Source of the DNA: Promethearchaeota archaeon
GTDB lineage: Archaea > Asgardarchaeota > Lokiarchaeia > Sigyniarchaeales > SOKP01
Assembly (NCBI GenBank): GCA_016840085.1
Contig: JAEOTA010000077.1
Span: forward strand, 1-28,005
Direction of reading: 5' to 3'
DNA: 28,005 bases
The first letter of the stretch is position 1, and each line of letters begins with the position of its first letter. Of the stretch, positions 9,725 through 19,260 are shown one piece after another. The notes beneath the pieces are model-generated. The model was given only the letters and a program-made list of their open reading frames with translations. It ran no database searches and was not told the origin of the DNA. Position numbers and translations under genes: made by a program.

Positions 9725-11542
9725 ATGTCAGAAATAAAAATTTCATTTAAAGATTATTTTTTTGGCTTTTTATCAATATTATGGCGTTATCCAACTATTT
9801 TTAGAGGAATTTGGAAATTATCAAGACTCAAACTAGATAAAAAGAAATCTATTGGAAAACATATTGAGAAAATTGCAAAGAGATATCCAAATTTTCTTTC
9901 TCTATTATTTGAAGATAAAAAATATACTTATAAAGAATTTAATGAATGGGTAAATCGTTTTGCTAATTATTTTCTTTCAATTGGTGTCAGAAAAGGAGAA
10001 GTCATAAATGTTTTTTTAGAAAATCGACCAGAATTATTATTTATACTAGTTGCAATGTCTAAAATTGGTTCAATAGCTTCATTAATCAATACAAACCAGC
10101 GAAAGTTATCCCTTATACACAGTTTTAGACTTAATCAAGTTAACAAGTTCATTATCGGAGAGGAAACTTTAAATGCATTTGAAGAAATAGAACATGATTT
10201 AGATCTATCTAAAGATATTAATCTTTATTCTCTGAAAGATCAGGGAAAAAGAGATGTATCAGACCATTATATTAATTTAAGCCAAGAAATATTAAATAAA
10301 AGTTGTGAAAATCCTTCTACCACCGGAGATATGCAACTTAAAAATACATATGCATATATTTTTACATCTGGAACTACTGGTCTGCCTAAAGCTGTGCCAA
10401 TCACAAATGCTCGAACTTTGGGGGCATCTATTTTTTATGGGAAGATTGTTTTAAATATGCAACCTGATGATGTAATGTATATACCATTACCATTTTATCA
10501 TAGCAATGCTATTAATGTTGCGTGGGCAGCCGTTTTGGAAGGTAATTCAACATTGGCCATGAGACGTAATTTTAGTGCATCAAATTTTTGGAAAGATATT
10601 AAAAAATATAAAGCTACTATATTTAATTATATAGGAGAAGTATGTAGATATTTGTTGAACCAACCTCCTAGCCTTGATGATAAAAACCATGACGTTGATA
10701 GAATTACAGGAAATGGATTAAGACCAGAAATATGGAAAATTTTTAAAAAACGATTTGGGATTAAAGAAGTATATGAATTCTATGGATCAACTGAATTTAC
10801 AGGAGTATTTATTAATTTATTTAATTTAGATTGTACAATTGGCATGAATCCAGCACCTTATAGTATTGTAAAATATGATATCGATTCAAATGAATTTATA
10901 AGAGAGGAAAATGGATATCTCCAAAAAGTTGAAGAAGAAGAACCAGGATTGTTATTAATGAAAATATTAGAAGAACAAAGTTTTCCTGGTTATACAAATA
11001 AGCAAGCAATGGAAAAAAAAATTATTGATAATCCATTTGGAAATAATGAAATCTGGTTTAACTCAGGAGATATCATAAAATCTATAGGGAATAAACATGC
11101 CCAGTTTGTTGATCGTGTGGGTGATACGTACCGTTGGAAATCAGAAAATGTATCGACAACAGAAGTAGAAGGAATCATAGGATTGTATAAGGACATTGAA
11201 CTTGTGTCTGTGTATGGGGTTAAAATTCCACATACAGAAGGTCGTGCTGGTATGGCTTCCATTTTAACTTCGATTAATCACAAAGATTTTAACTTGAAGC
11301 ATTTCCTAAAGTATTTAAAAGAAAATCTTCCTATTTATGCTATTCCATATTTTATCCGTTTTATTAGGGAATTTAGAACCACATCAACAGAAAAACTAAT
11401 CAAAACTGATATAAAAAAGGAAGGATATAATATCAATAGAGTAGAAGATCCAATCTATATTTTATTACCTAAGAATTTAAATTACACTTTTTTAACAGAA
11501 GATATTTATAAAAGAATAATTAAAGGAGAAATTCCATTTTAA
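9725..11542 (+). CDS. Long-chain acyl-CoA synthetase, FATP/SLC27-like
   Basis: AMP-binding YIFTSGTTGLPK, YIGEVCRYL, GNGLRPEIW, EFYGSTE and FATP signature DRVGDTYRWKSENVSTTEVE. Confidence 0.92.
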   Translation: MSEIKISFKDYFFGFLSILWRYPTIFRGIWKLSRLKLDKKKSIGKHIEKIAKRYPNFLSLLFEDKKYTYKEFNEWVNRFANYFLSIGVRKGEVINVFLENRPELLFILVAMSKIGSIASLINTNQRKLSLIHSFRLNQVNKFIIGEETLNAFEEIEHDLDLSKDINLYSLKDQGKRDVSDHYINLSQEILNKSCENPSTTGDMQLKNTYAYIFTSGTTGLPKAVPITNARTLGASIFYGKIVLNMQPDDVMYIPLPFYHSNAINVAWAAVLEGNSTLAMRRNFSASNFWKDIKKYKATIFNYIGEVCRYLLNQPPSLDDKNHDVDRITGNGLRPEIWKIFKKRFGIKEVYEFYGSTEFTGVFINLFNLDCTIGMNPAPYSIVKYDIDSNEFIREENGYLQKVEEEEPGLLLMKILEEQSFPGYTNKQAMEKKIIDNPFGNNEIWFNSGDIIKSIGNKHAQFVDRVGDTYRWKSENVSTTEVEGIIGLYKDIELVSVYGVKIPHTEGRAGMASILTSINHKDFNLKHFLKYLKENLPIYAIPYFIRFIREFRTTSTEKLIKTDIKKEGYNINRVEDPIYILLPKNLNYTFLTEDIYKRIIKGEIPF

Positions 11543-12963
11543 TTACTAATTCTTTTTTCTCTAAAAATCTATAGTTCCAACATTGCTACAAGAGTATTAT
11601 CTCTACAATAAATAAAAAGTTACAATTTAGATGAAATTTTATACTAAATTAGATTTTTATTTTATCCTTTATGGTTAAATTGTATTAAAAGTTATGAAAT
11701 ATATAAATAATTTTTCTGATACTGAAAACAATTATGAATGAATTACAAGGCATTCCTGCTTTATTATATTCAATATTTTGGTAAACTCGTGAATTAGTAT
11801 TTTTAAAATTAATTTTAGATGATTTGAATATTAATTTAGTAAAAGTAATAGTATTCTTTAAATATTATAAACCTGGAGCTTAAATCAAATTAAATGGGGA
11901 AAAAGGAGACTACTTTGTTTGACGAGTTGATGAAATTTATAATCTAGCCCCAAATTATAATTCTTTAATTCAAACCTCCATGCTAAAATATTTCTATAAA
12001 AAAGAAGGAAGGTTTTCAAGAGGCCACGGTTATTTTACTCATAAATTAATATATCATTATAGTTTTGAGGAGTAAAATCAAAGATTATTTCCGTATGGAT
12101 CGAATAAGTTATGTTTTGATAAACTAAAGGTATACTTTGATTATAATCATATAATAATATATCATTTCTGTATTTAATTTAGCACCTAGATTATAACTTC
12201 CTTCCGTAAGAGCAAAAGGAACCAAGAATAAACTTATAATAAAGGATTGCAATACAATATTTAGCCTTTTTTTATTTTTCAATAATCTTATCATCAAAAT
12301 CTCTTAGATTATTTCTTTATATTAGTTTAAGATAATATATATTAGAAAAACAATCATTAATTTTTCTATAATCAGTTTCAAAGGAAGTTAATATCTAAAT
12401 CCTATTGAGTTGAATCTTTTTCTATTAAATTTTAATTCTAACCATCTATTTGAATAAATTATTTTTCTTTTTTTACTTCCAATAGAAATTTACCTTAAGA
12501 TTTATAAGAGAAAAGTGGTAATATTTATATATGAACATAAAATATCTATCTCCACTTTCAGATTTGAAAGCTGAGTTGAAACCACTTTTCTCTAACGAAT
12601 ATATGTTAGCATTTTTTAAAAAGTTTTGTGATGCTATCAAATCTAGGACGTGGGGATTTAAAAAGGCTAAAAATGCAAGATATGAGGCTGAAGACTTCCT
12701 TAGAGTCTTTTTTTATTCGTGCGACGTGAAAAGCTACATGCTTGAATTCGAGAACTTGGTTATTATCATGATGATATGTTTAGGGATTAACCAAACCACC
12801 AAGAAATCGACTTCGAGATGGACGAATGTGACTACCCGAAGGTGCACTGCGGGTAACGGCAGTGTGCTAAGCTTTGGGGACAATGTACTGACAGAGAAGA
12901 CTACACTTCTGCTGCAGGCTAGCCAAGGTTCTTATGGTAAATGAAAGTGAACTCGTGTCTAAA

Positions 12964-12983
12964 CCCCGTAAAAAGACTCGGGG
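12964..12983 (+). other. Intron EBS2 stem-loop
   Basis: Stem CCCCG/CGGGG; AAAAAGACTC (12970-12979) is the exact reverse complement of exon GAGTCTTTTT (12703-12712). Confidence 0.85.
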
Positions 12984-13027
12984 CGAAATGTAGTGATACG
13001 CCTTGCCAAAATGGCAATGCTGACAGT

Positions 13028-13052
13028 AGACGATATTGAATAATTATCGTCT
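13028..13052 (+). other. Intron EBS1 stem-loop
   Basis: Stem AGACGATA/TATCGTCT, loop TTGAATAAT; GAATAA (13038-13043) is complementary to IBS1 TTATTC (12713-12718). Confidence 0.9.
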
Positions 13053-13378
13053 TTCCATCCATTGTTCAGCCGGGGGAGAGCGAGTACCTAAGGAACTGCT
13101 TAAAGTCAAGCATGTGGAACACGGTAAACCCGATAAGTCCCATACATGGAGAAATTTCCATGGAATGGTATCCCGACCGTAAGGAAGGGGGAAGGCTTAG
13201 CGGGTAGAGGAACCAAGAGAAAGCGAATACCAATTTGTAATGAATTGGATAGGGGCTACTATAATGAAAGAATAATTTGTAGTAGAGGATACCCGACCTG
13301 AAAGGGTGCTGACTTCGAAGGTGGTCGAGACTGAGAAAGCACTCTGAAGGAACTCTTAACTATAAGAGGAGTTAGACG

Positions 13379-14839
13379 ATGCAAAGCATTGAACAAATCT
13401 ATAGGCATAACGACTGGTGGGACGAGATTAATTGGTCCCAGATAGAACGTGATGTAAGACGACTTCAGGGTAGGATCTTCAGAGTATCCAAGGAAGGTGA
13501 TAATAAAAGAGTAGATAACCTCATGAAACTTCTGGTAAGGTCTGAAAAGGCGAAATTATTCGCTATTTATATAATTACACAGAAGAATAAAGGTAAAGCT
13601 ACTCCCGGAATAGATGGAAAGGTTTATTTGACGTCAAGAGAACGAATGGAGTTAAGTAAAAAAGAATTTGATTATAGGACAGATAGATTTCAGCCTATAT
13701 TACGGAAATACATACCAAAGACTCAAGAGAATTGGAAAGCAAGGATCTATAGTTCTAAAAAGCGTAGATACGATAAGGCAGAGATGAGACCTTTAGGGAT
13801 AATGACAATCAAAGATAGGGTAATGACAACGATTATTTCATTTGCTCTTACAGCAAAATGGGAAGCATTATTTGAACCGAATGTCATGGGATTCCGCCCG
13901 GGCAGATGTGCACAAGATGCAATACAACGGATATACTTAGAATTAATTAGAGGTGAGAAAATTATTTTAGACGCAGATATTAATAAATTCTTTGATAATA
14001 TCAAACATACTGCAATTTTGAATAGGGTAAATGTATTCCGCAAGGCTCTATATCGATGTCTAAACGCGGGAATCATAGAAAAGGGAAAGAGAATTAAGAC
14101 CGTAAAAGGTGTTGTTCAAGGAAGTCCTATTAGTCCCATTTTAGCTAATATAGCGTTAAATGGGATGCAAGAGGTTCTTGAAAAAGATATCTATGTTATA
14201 ACCTATGCGGATGACCTAATCATAATTGCTCCAACTGTAGCTGCAATGAAACGGATGGTACCTAAGTTGGTGAAATTTCTTAGGGAAAGAGATTTATATT
14301 TGAAACGAGAGAAGACGAGAATTACTACTAAGAAAGAGGGTTTTAATTTCTTAGGGTTTAGGATTGAGCAACCGCGAATGAAGCTGTACGTTAAACCTCA
14401 GAAAGAAAAAGTTAAGAAATTTCTTAACCATGTTAGAGAGATAATCTGGTCTAATAAACAAATAGAACAGAGAAAACTAATAGCCAAATTGAATCCCGTT
14501 ATTAGAGGCTGGGCAATGTATTATAGATATTCTGATGCGAATAAAGCGTTTAACTGGGTAGATCATGAAATTAATGGAATAATTTGGGAATGGGCTCTGA
14601 GAAGACATAGAAATAAAGGAAAATGGTGGATATACGATAAATATTTTGATACAACAGGAATGGATAAATGGATTTTTAAGGACGCAAGAACAGGTTATAC
14701 ATTATATAAAGCGGGTAAGGTTCAGAGATTAAAATATGACTTTTTAGTAAAGGATCTTTCTCCATTTAACCCCGATCCCATTGTAAAGGAGATATGGAGG
14801 AAGAAACGATACCAAGAAGTCAGACATACAATGATATAG
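13379..14839 (+). CDS. ltrA: Group II intron reverse transcriptase/maturase (no HNH endonuclease domain)
   Basis: RT0/RVT_N (WDEINW...RLQGRI...KGKATPGIDG), RPLGI, GFRPGR, LDADI..FFD, QGSPISP, YADD, FNFLGF, thumb/X LNPVIRGWAMYY; GAGGAG SD; ends without Cys/His En motifs. Confidence 0.96.
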   Translation: MQSIEQIYRHNDWWDEINWSQIERDVRRLQGRIFRVSKEGDNKRVDNLMKLLVRSEKAKLFAIYIITQKNKGKATPGIDGKVYLTSRERMELSKKEFDYRTDRFQPILRKYIPKTQENWKARIYSSKKRRYDKAEMRPLGIMTIKDRVMTTIISFALTAKWEALFEPNVMGFRPGRCAQDAIQRIYLELIRGEKIILDADINKFFDNIKHTAILNRVNVFRKALYRCLNAGIIEKGKRIKTVKGVVQGSPISPILANIALNGMQEVLEKDIYVITYADDLIIIAPTVAAMKRMVPKLVKFLRERDLYLKREKTRITTKKEGFNFLGFRIEQPRMKLYVKPQKEKVKKFLNHVREIIWSNKQIEQRKLIAKLNPVIRGWAMYYRYSDANKAFNWVDHEINGIIWEWALRRHRNKGKWWIYDKYFDTTGMDKWIFKDARTGYTLYKAGKVQRLKYDFLVKDLSPFNPDPIVKEIWRKKRYQEVRHTMI

Positions 14840-16187
14840 TTAAACCATCCATTAAGAGGTAAATATCCGGATGATTGATTATTATCACCTTGGCTCAAGT
14901 ATTCAGGAAACGGTGACGTGGAACAAAGAAAGAGCACGCGGCGACGCGATTGGAACTCTCGGCTTGAGCCACGTGCGGGGAAACTCGCACGCGTGGTTCT
15001 TAGAGGGGAAAGGATCAGTAATGATCCCGACCTACTCGACCGAAATAACAGGAAGGTCTATAGGAAGTGCCAGCGAAAGGCTGATGAAAGAAAAAAGCGA
15101 GAAATTCCGCACCAAACGGACGTGAACACATTTTTACGCCTAATTGGACTTAAAAAGGCAAGAAATTTATTACGCAAATGTTTGGATTATCAATTAAAAG
15201 AAGCTTTATATTTAGAACTTATTTCAAAGAAAGTGAACGTCTTAATTGACTTTACAGAACATTCTTATTATGGAAAGCGGGACGATAAAATGATTAAAAG
15301 AACAAATAGGGGTAAGGGAACAAAAAAAATGCGCCATTACTTAGGATTTTCGATTTTATCCCGAGGTATTCACCTTTATGCCGGACTGGAACACATCGCA
15401 AAAGGGCAACCAAAAGTACCCGTAATTATTAAATTTCTTGAGCATTTGATTGAGTTGGGATTTGAGTTAAATTATGTAATGATGGATAGAGAATTTTACA
15501 ATGCTGAACTTTTACAAGAAATAAAAGGGCTGAAAGGAAATATATTAATGCCTGCCAAAGCGTATAAAAAAATTACTAAAATTATTGAAGAATATTTAAA
15601 CGGTACGGGGAAAAGAGTAAGAAAATATACCTTTTCAAGCGCTCCTGGAAAAGAATTTCAATTCTTTCAAAATGTTTATTTGATAATTAAGGCAAAAAAA
15701 GGGCACACCCTTTTAAGCGTTAAACGAGCCTTTCAGAAAGGGAAATTAACCTTAAAGGATGAAGGAAATTAATTTATGCCATTATGACGACCCAAAAACC
15801 GAGGGGGCAATCAAGTTCTTGGGCGTCCCGCACTTCGCGTTTTTATAAAAAAAGATGGTTTATAGAAACAGGATTTAGCGACTTAAATCGGATGGGTCAT
15901 CGATGGAAGTCAAAATACGGCAATACACGATATTTAGATATGCTGGTTCGCATGCTCCTTTACAATTCTTGGAAAATAAACCGGGCGTACCTTGAAAAAT
16001 GCCAAATAAAAGGCTATAAACCTCAGGCGTGGACACTTCGAGACAATCAGGATGCCTTGGAAGAGATCTTTTTTAAGGCATAAAAAAAATTACGCTTCAT
16101 TATTCGTTAAGGTGAGAATAATGTCGGATGAGGAAAAAGAAAAAATTATTAGAAAAAAAATACTTCATTAGATACTGATAATAGGAA

Positions 16188-16389
16188 AAAACTAATAATT
16201 TTGGATTAGTTTTTATAACACATAATTTAGTAGTTGTAAATCAAATGGCCTCCCTTAGAATACTATTTTAATCAAAGATGTTCTTCTGAAGCCAGGACCC
16301 CTAAATATGAATATGAGATACCTCATAAGATAACTATTGAAAAAAGACACTATATCTGGTGTGTTAATCCTCTAGTTTTAGTAAGTTGA
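16188..16389 (+). pseudogene. Remnant of a paralog of the F-type ABC ATPase 3' end
   Basis: KTNNFGLVFITHNLVVVNQMA matches KTYNFGFLFITHNLAVVNHIA (8575-8637); PPLEYYFNQRCSSEARTPKYEYEIPHKITIEKRHYIWCVNP matches 8812-8935. About 175 bp between the two blocks is deleted. Confidence 0.88.
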
Positions 16390-16626
16390 TTGAGAAATTG
16401 AAATAATTCATTTAATAAAAACATGGTTTAGTCACCTTTATATATTAATAGAGATTTATTATCTGGATTTAATATAACTTATATTTTAATTAATGTAATA
16501 ATATTAAGCATTATAAGCTATGAGATAATAAACTTGTGCTCCAAGCTTCTCTAAAAACTTAGATTACTGTGATTTGAATTAGTAATAATAGAATACTTTT
16601 AAATTAAGTAAATTCTTCTTTAATTT

Positions 16627-16968
16627 ATGGTTAAAATTAGCATTATTCCAGATAAAATTCCCAAAGTTATATGGAATAAAAAAGATTATGAAGAAATAAT
16701 ATTATATGCATTAGGTGCGTTTGGTCCCCTTGAAACAAAAGAATTTATAAATAAACCTGAAGAATTAATTACTAACCGAATTGATAAAGACATTTTTAAA
16801 GAGAATATTAGTTTTCTTACGGAAAAACAATTCTTAATAGAGTTTACTCATGCTGATAAAGTTTATTACAAACTAACTCCTCAAGGAGAGGACAAGTTAT
16901 TAAAAAGAATTAAACAATATCCAATTATTATGAATATCTTTAGATATTTAGATAATATTTTAGGTTAA
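16627..16968 (+). CDS. Small winged-helix-like protein (possibly a truncated N-terminal fragment)
   Basis: EEIILYAL...GPL....F...ISFLTEKQFL...YYKLTPQG pattern resembles PadR/MarR-type wHTH. Confidence 0.45.
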   Translation: MVKISIIPDKIPKVIWNKKDYEEIILYALGAFGPLETKEFINKPEELITNRIDKDIFKENISFLTEKQFLIEFTHADKVYYKLTPQGEDKLLKRIKQYPIIMNIFRYLDNILG

Positions 16969-17263
16969 TTTGTTAAATTAATATTTTTTCTTACCAAGAT
17001 ATTTGTTAGATCTTTTTAATAAGGATTTTATAATATAAGCTACCAAGTGTTAATAGGTAAAATTGAACTCTCATTATTTCTAGATTATAATCTTTTTTTA
17101 CCGCTTACTCTTATTTTAACTTTTTATATAATAATCATTTCTATATCATAAATAAAGTACAAGAATTAAAAGGGATAATAATTAATTAAAAAAAAGATAG
17201 ATTTTGTTTTGAGTTATTAGATCACGTTCATCTAATTAAATTAAGGAAATTGAGATGATATAA

Positions 17264-19044
17264 CTATTTTCCTTTTATTTTAACAATATTTATCATAATT
17301 TCATAAAATTTCTCTAATCTTTTTGGTAAGTGCTTTTTAAAATATTTTATTACTATATCTTCATGAATTTCACTTAGATCATTATCGTTAATAAAGTTTT
17401 CAAAATCTTTCATAATCTCTCCCTGCATTAAGCGTGGTAGATAATAGATTAGTAAATAAAACATACTTTTTCCCTTATTTTTCCATACAATTTTTGTGTT
17501 TCCTATTTTTTCTTTCAGCCCATCTCGTTTTTCATTCAATAATAAATGGTCATCCGTTATATTATCATCAAAGGATAAACCGAGTCTTTCATATTGTTCA
17601 AATGGAGCATTATTTTCTTTCATCAATTTGATTAAAACTGAGATCATTTTTTTCTCTACAATAGAATCAATAATTGGTTTCTCTTGGTTTGGATCAATTC
17701 GCAGATCATAGAGATCAGTGCCATAAATATATGGGTTAATTATTCAATAATTTGCATTAACCTTCAAAATTTTACATCCCCTTGTAAATGTAAATGGTGG
17801 AGCTAATTCAATACTTTTTAATTCATCTATGGAGAAAAAGCTTCTCATATGCATTGGCATAAGAGTATAATTATATAATGGAGAATTCAATGGATTAGCA
17901 GGTCCTCTCATGTAGACATAGCGACCATCTGTAATGTTTACACGAAACCCATATGTACCAAATAGAACAAATTTTCTTACCTTTACATCTAAATCGATTG
18001 TTTCTTTTAAAATTTTGCCCTGCATATCTTTAGGTGTCATTACCCCAAAAAAATCCAATATTGTTGGTGCAAGATCGATTGTGTGTGTAAGTGAAGCCCA
18101 TCTTTCATTTTTTTTCGAAACTCTTGGATCCCAAATAAATAGAGGGATATGGCTAATTTCATTATAAATTGGTTGAACAGCTTTACCCCACCAGTCTTTT
18201 TCGCCTAACAGAAATCCATGATCCGTGGTAACTATAAGCATTGTATCTTTCCACATATCCTTATCATTCATTATATCAATAACTTTCCCTAAATTATAAT
18301 CACACATACTTATTGAAGCAACATACTCCTTCCTACAATGCTCCACTTGTTCTGGAGTTTCAATGACAATATTATAATTAGGCCAATCAAAATGAGATCC
18401 TTTATAATTATGCTTATATAAATCCTTATATTTTTGTTGTGAAAAAAAAGGTTCATGGGGATCAAATGTTTCAATTTGTAAAAACCAGTTATCTTCATTT
18501 ATATTTGTTTTTATAAACTCTAATCCTTTTTTAAAAGTCCTCGTTATAGACTCATTTTCTTCTTTCTCCATGTATTTTCTATTAATCCAATTTTGCCTAT
18601 AAAAAAATCTCCACATATATTCTCGTATATCAAATAGATGATCAGGTATTTCTGGATCTTTAATTTCACCTTTCCATGGGTCTCCTTCATGACCTCTTAC
18701 AATTTCCCAAGTATTATAACTAGTATGATATGTAGCTCCTCCATGTTCCCAATAATGATAATGATCACTTACTAAATGAGTATAAATTTGATTGTTTCTT
18801 AAAATTCTAGGCATAGAGTCATCAAATGGTTCTAAAGGACCCCAACTTCTATGTAAAAAATTATACCTCCTGTATGAAGTTCTCTTCTCGCAGGAATACA
18901 CATCAGACTTCCAGAAAAATGATTATCAAATATTACTGTTTTTTTAGCCAATCTTTCAAAATTAGGCGCATGAACCCAATCACATCCATAGGGCGGTAAA
19001 AAGCGTTTACATAATGTATCATAAAAAATTAGAATTACTTTCAT
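17264..19044 (-). pseudogene. Formylglycine-type sulfatase, disrupted
   Basis: CIPAR (CxPxR), FDPHEP and TTDHG motifs. A 1-nt deletion at ~18867 (LHTG/RYNFLH) and an in-frame TGA at 17744-17746, followed by IINPYIYGTDLYDLRIDPNQE, link the three ORF-track pieces into one gene. Confidence 0.9.
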
Positions 19045-19260
19045 GATTTATCTTCTCATATTTTTTCAATTTTAAACAAATAACTATAATTTACAATTTA
19101 AATATATATTTTTGATTGAAATTAGATAAAAAAATAAAAAGATAAGACGTATTATTCAAAACATTTTAAGTTAATTAGTAAATAAATATATTTTTTTGAA
19201 TAAATGTGAATTATCAAATTAAAAAAGATTTCAATTTTTAATAATGAAATAATATCTAAA

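Larger units (their letters stand above)
12719..15040 (+). mobile_element. Group II intron (IIB, chloroplast-like class), full length, 2,322 nt
   Basis: 5' GTGCG at 12719; domain V GAGCCACGTGCGGGGAAACTCGCACGCGTGGTTC at 14966-14999 (AGC triad, GAAA loop, AC bulge); domain VI with bulged A15034; 3' end ...CCTACTCGAC 15040. Removal restores the host reading frame and EBS/IBS pairings are present. Confidence 0.96.
12531..16083 (+). pseudogene. DDE transposase (ISH3/IS4 superfamily), intron-split and frameshifted
   Basis: Exon 1 12531-12718 joins exon 2 at 15041 in frame (...RVFFYS|EITGRSIGSASERL). The frame breaks at ~15080 and ~15761. Catalytic motifs VLIDFT, VMMDREF and YKKRWFIETGF lie in the downstream pieces. 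Confidence 0.85.
12491..16114 (+). mobile_element. ISH3/IS4-like insertion sequence interrupted by a group II intron
   Basis: Transposase 12531-16083; short imperfect inverted ends TACCTTAA (12491-12498) and TTAAGGTG (16107-16114). No convincing target duplication was seen, so the boundaries are tentative. Confidence 0.6.

Noticed and set aside
12719-12944. ORF 12531-12944 reading ~74 codons into the intron
   Set aside because: Read-through of exon 1 into ribozyme domain I; it is not in frame with the maturase and shows no protein-like motifs.
13379-14839. RT as a DGR, retron, Abi or CRISPR-associated RT
   Set aside because: It has a complete group II ribozyme and maturase domain; no template/variable repeat pair, avd, msr-msd or cas genes were seen.
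14918-15080. GTG-started ORF running through DV/DVI in frame with the transposase core (an intron-supplied N-terminus?)
   Set aside because: The sequence is explained by RNA-structure constraints, the spliced frame is a different one, and the product would still lack the catalytic Glu because of the ~15761 frameshift.
15087-15097. A6G as a programmed -1 frameshift in the transposase
   Set aside because: The A-AAA-AAG register lies in the downstream frame, not the incoming spliced frame; a deletion or indel near 15080 is simpler.
16249-16380. 8812-8942 / 16249-16380 similarity as a DGR TR/VR pair
   Set aside because: Mismatches are not confined to adenines (many C/T and G changes) and homology extends to a second block, so it is a paralog remnant.
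17744-17746. In-frame TGA in the sulfatase as selenocysteine
   Set aside because: It is at a non-catalytic position, the gene already has an upstream frameshift, and no SECIS was identified; a nonsense mutation is more likely.
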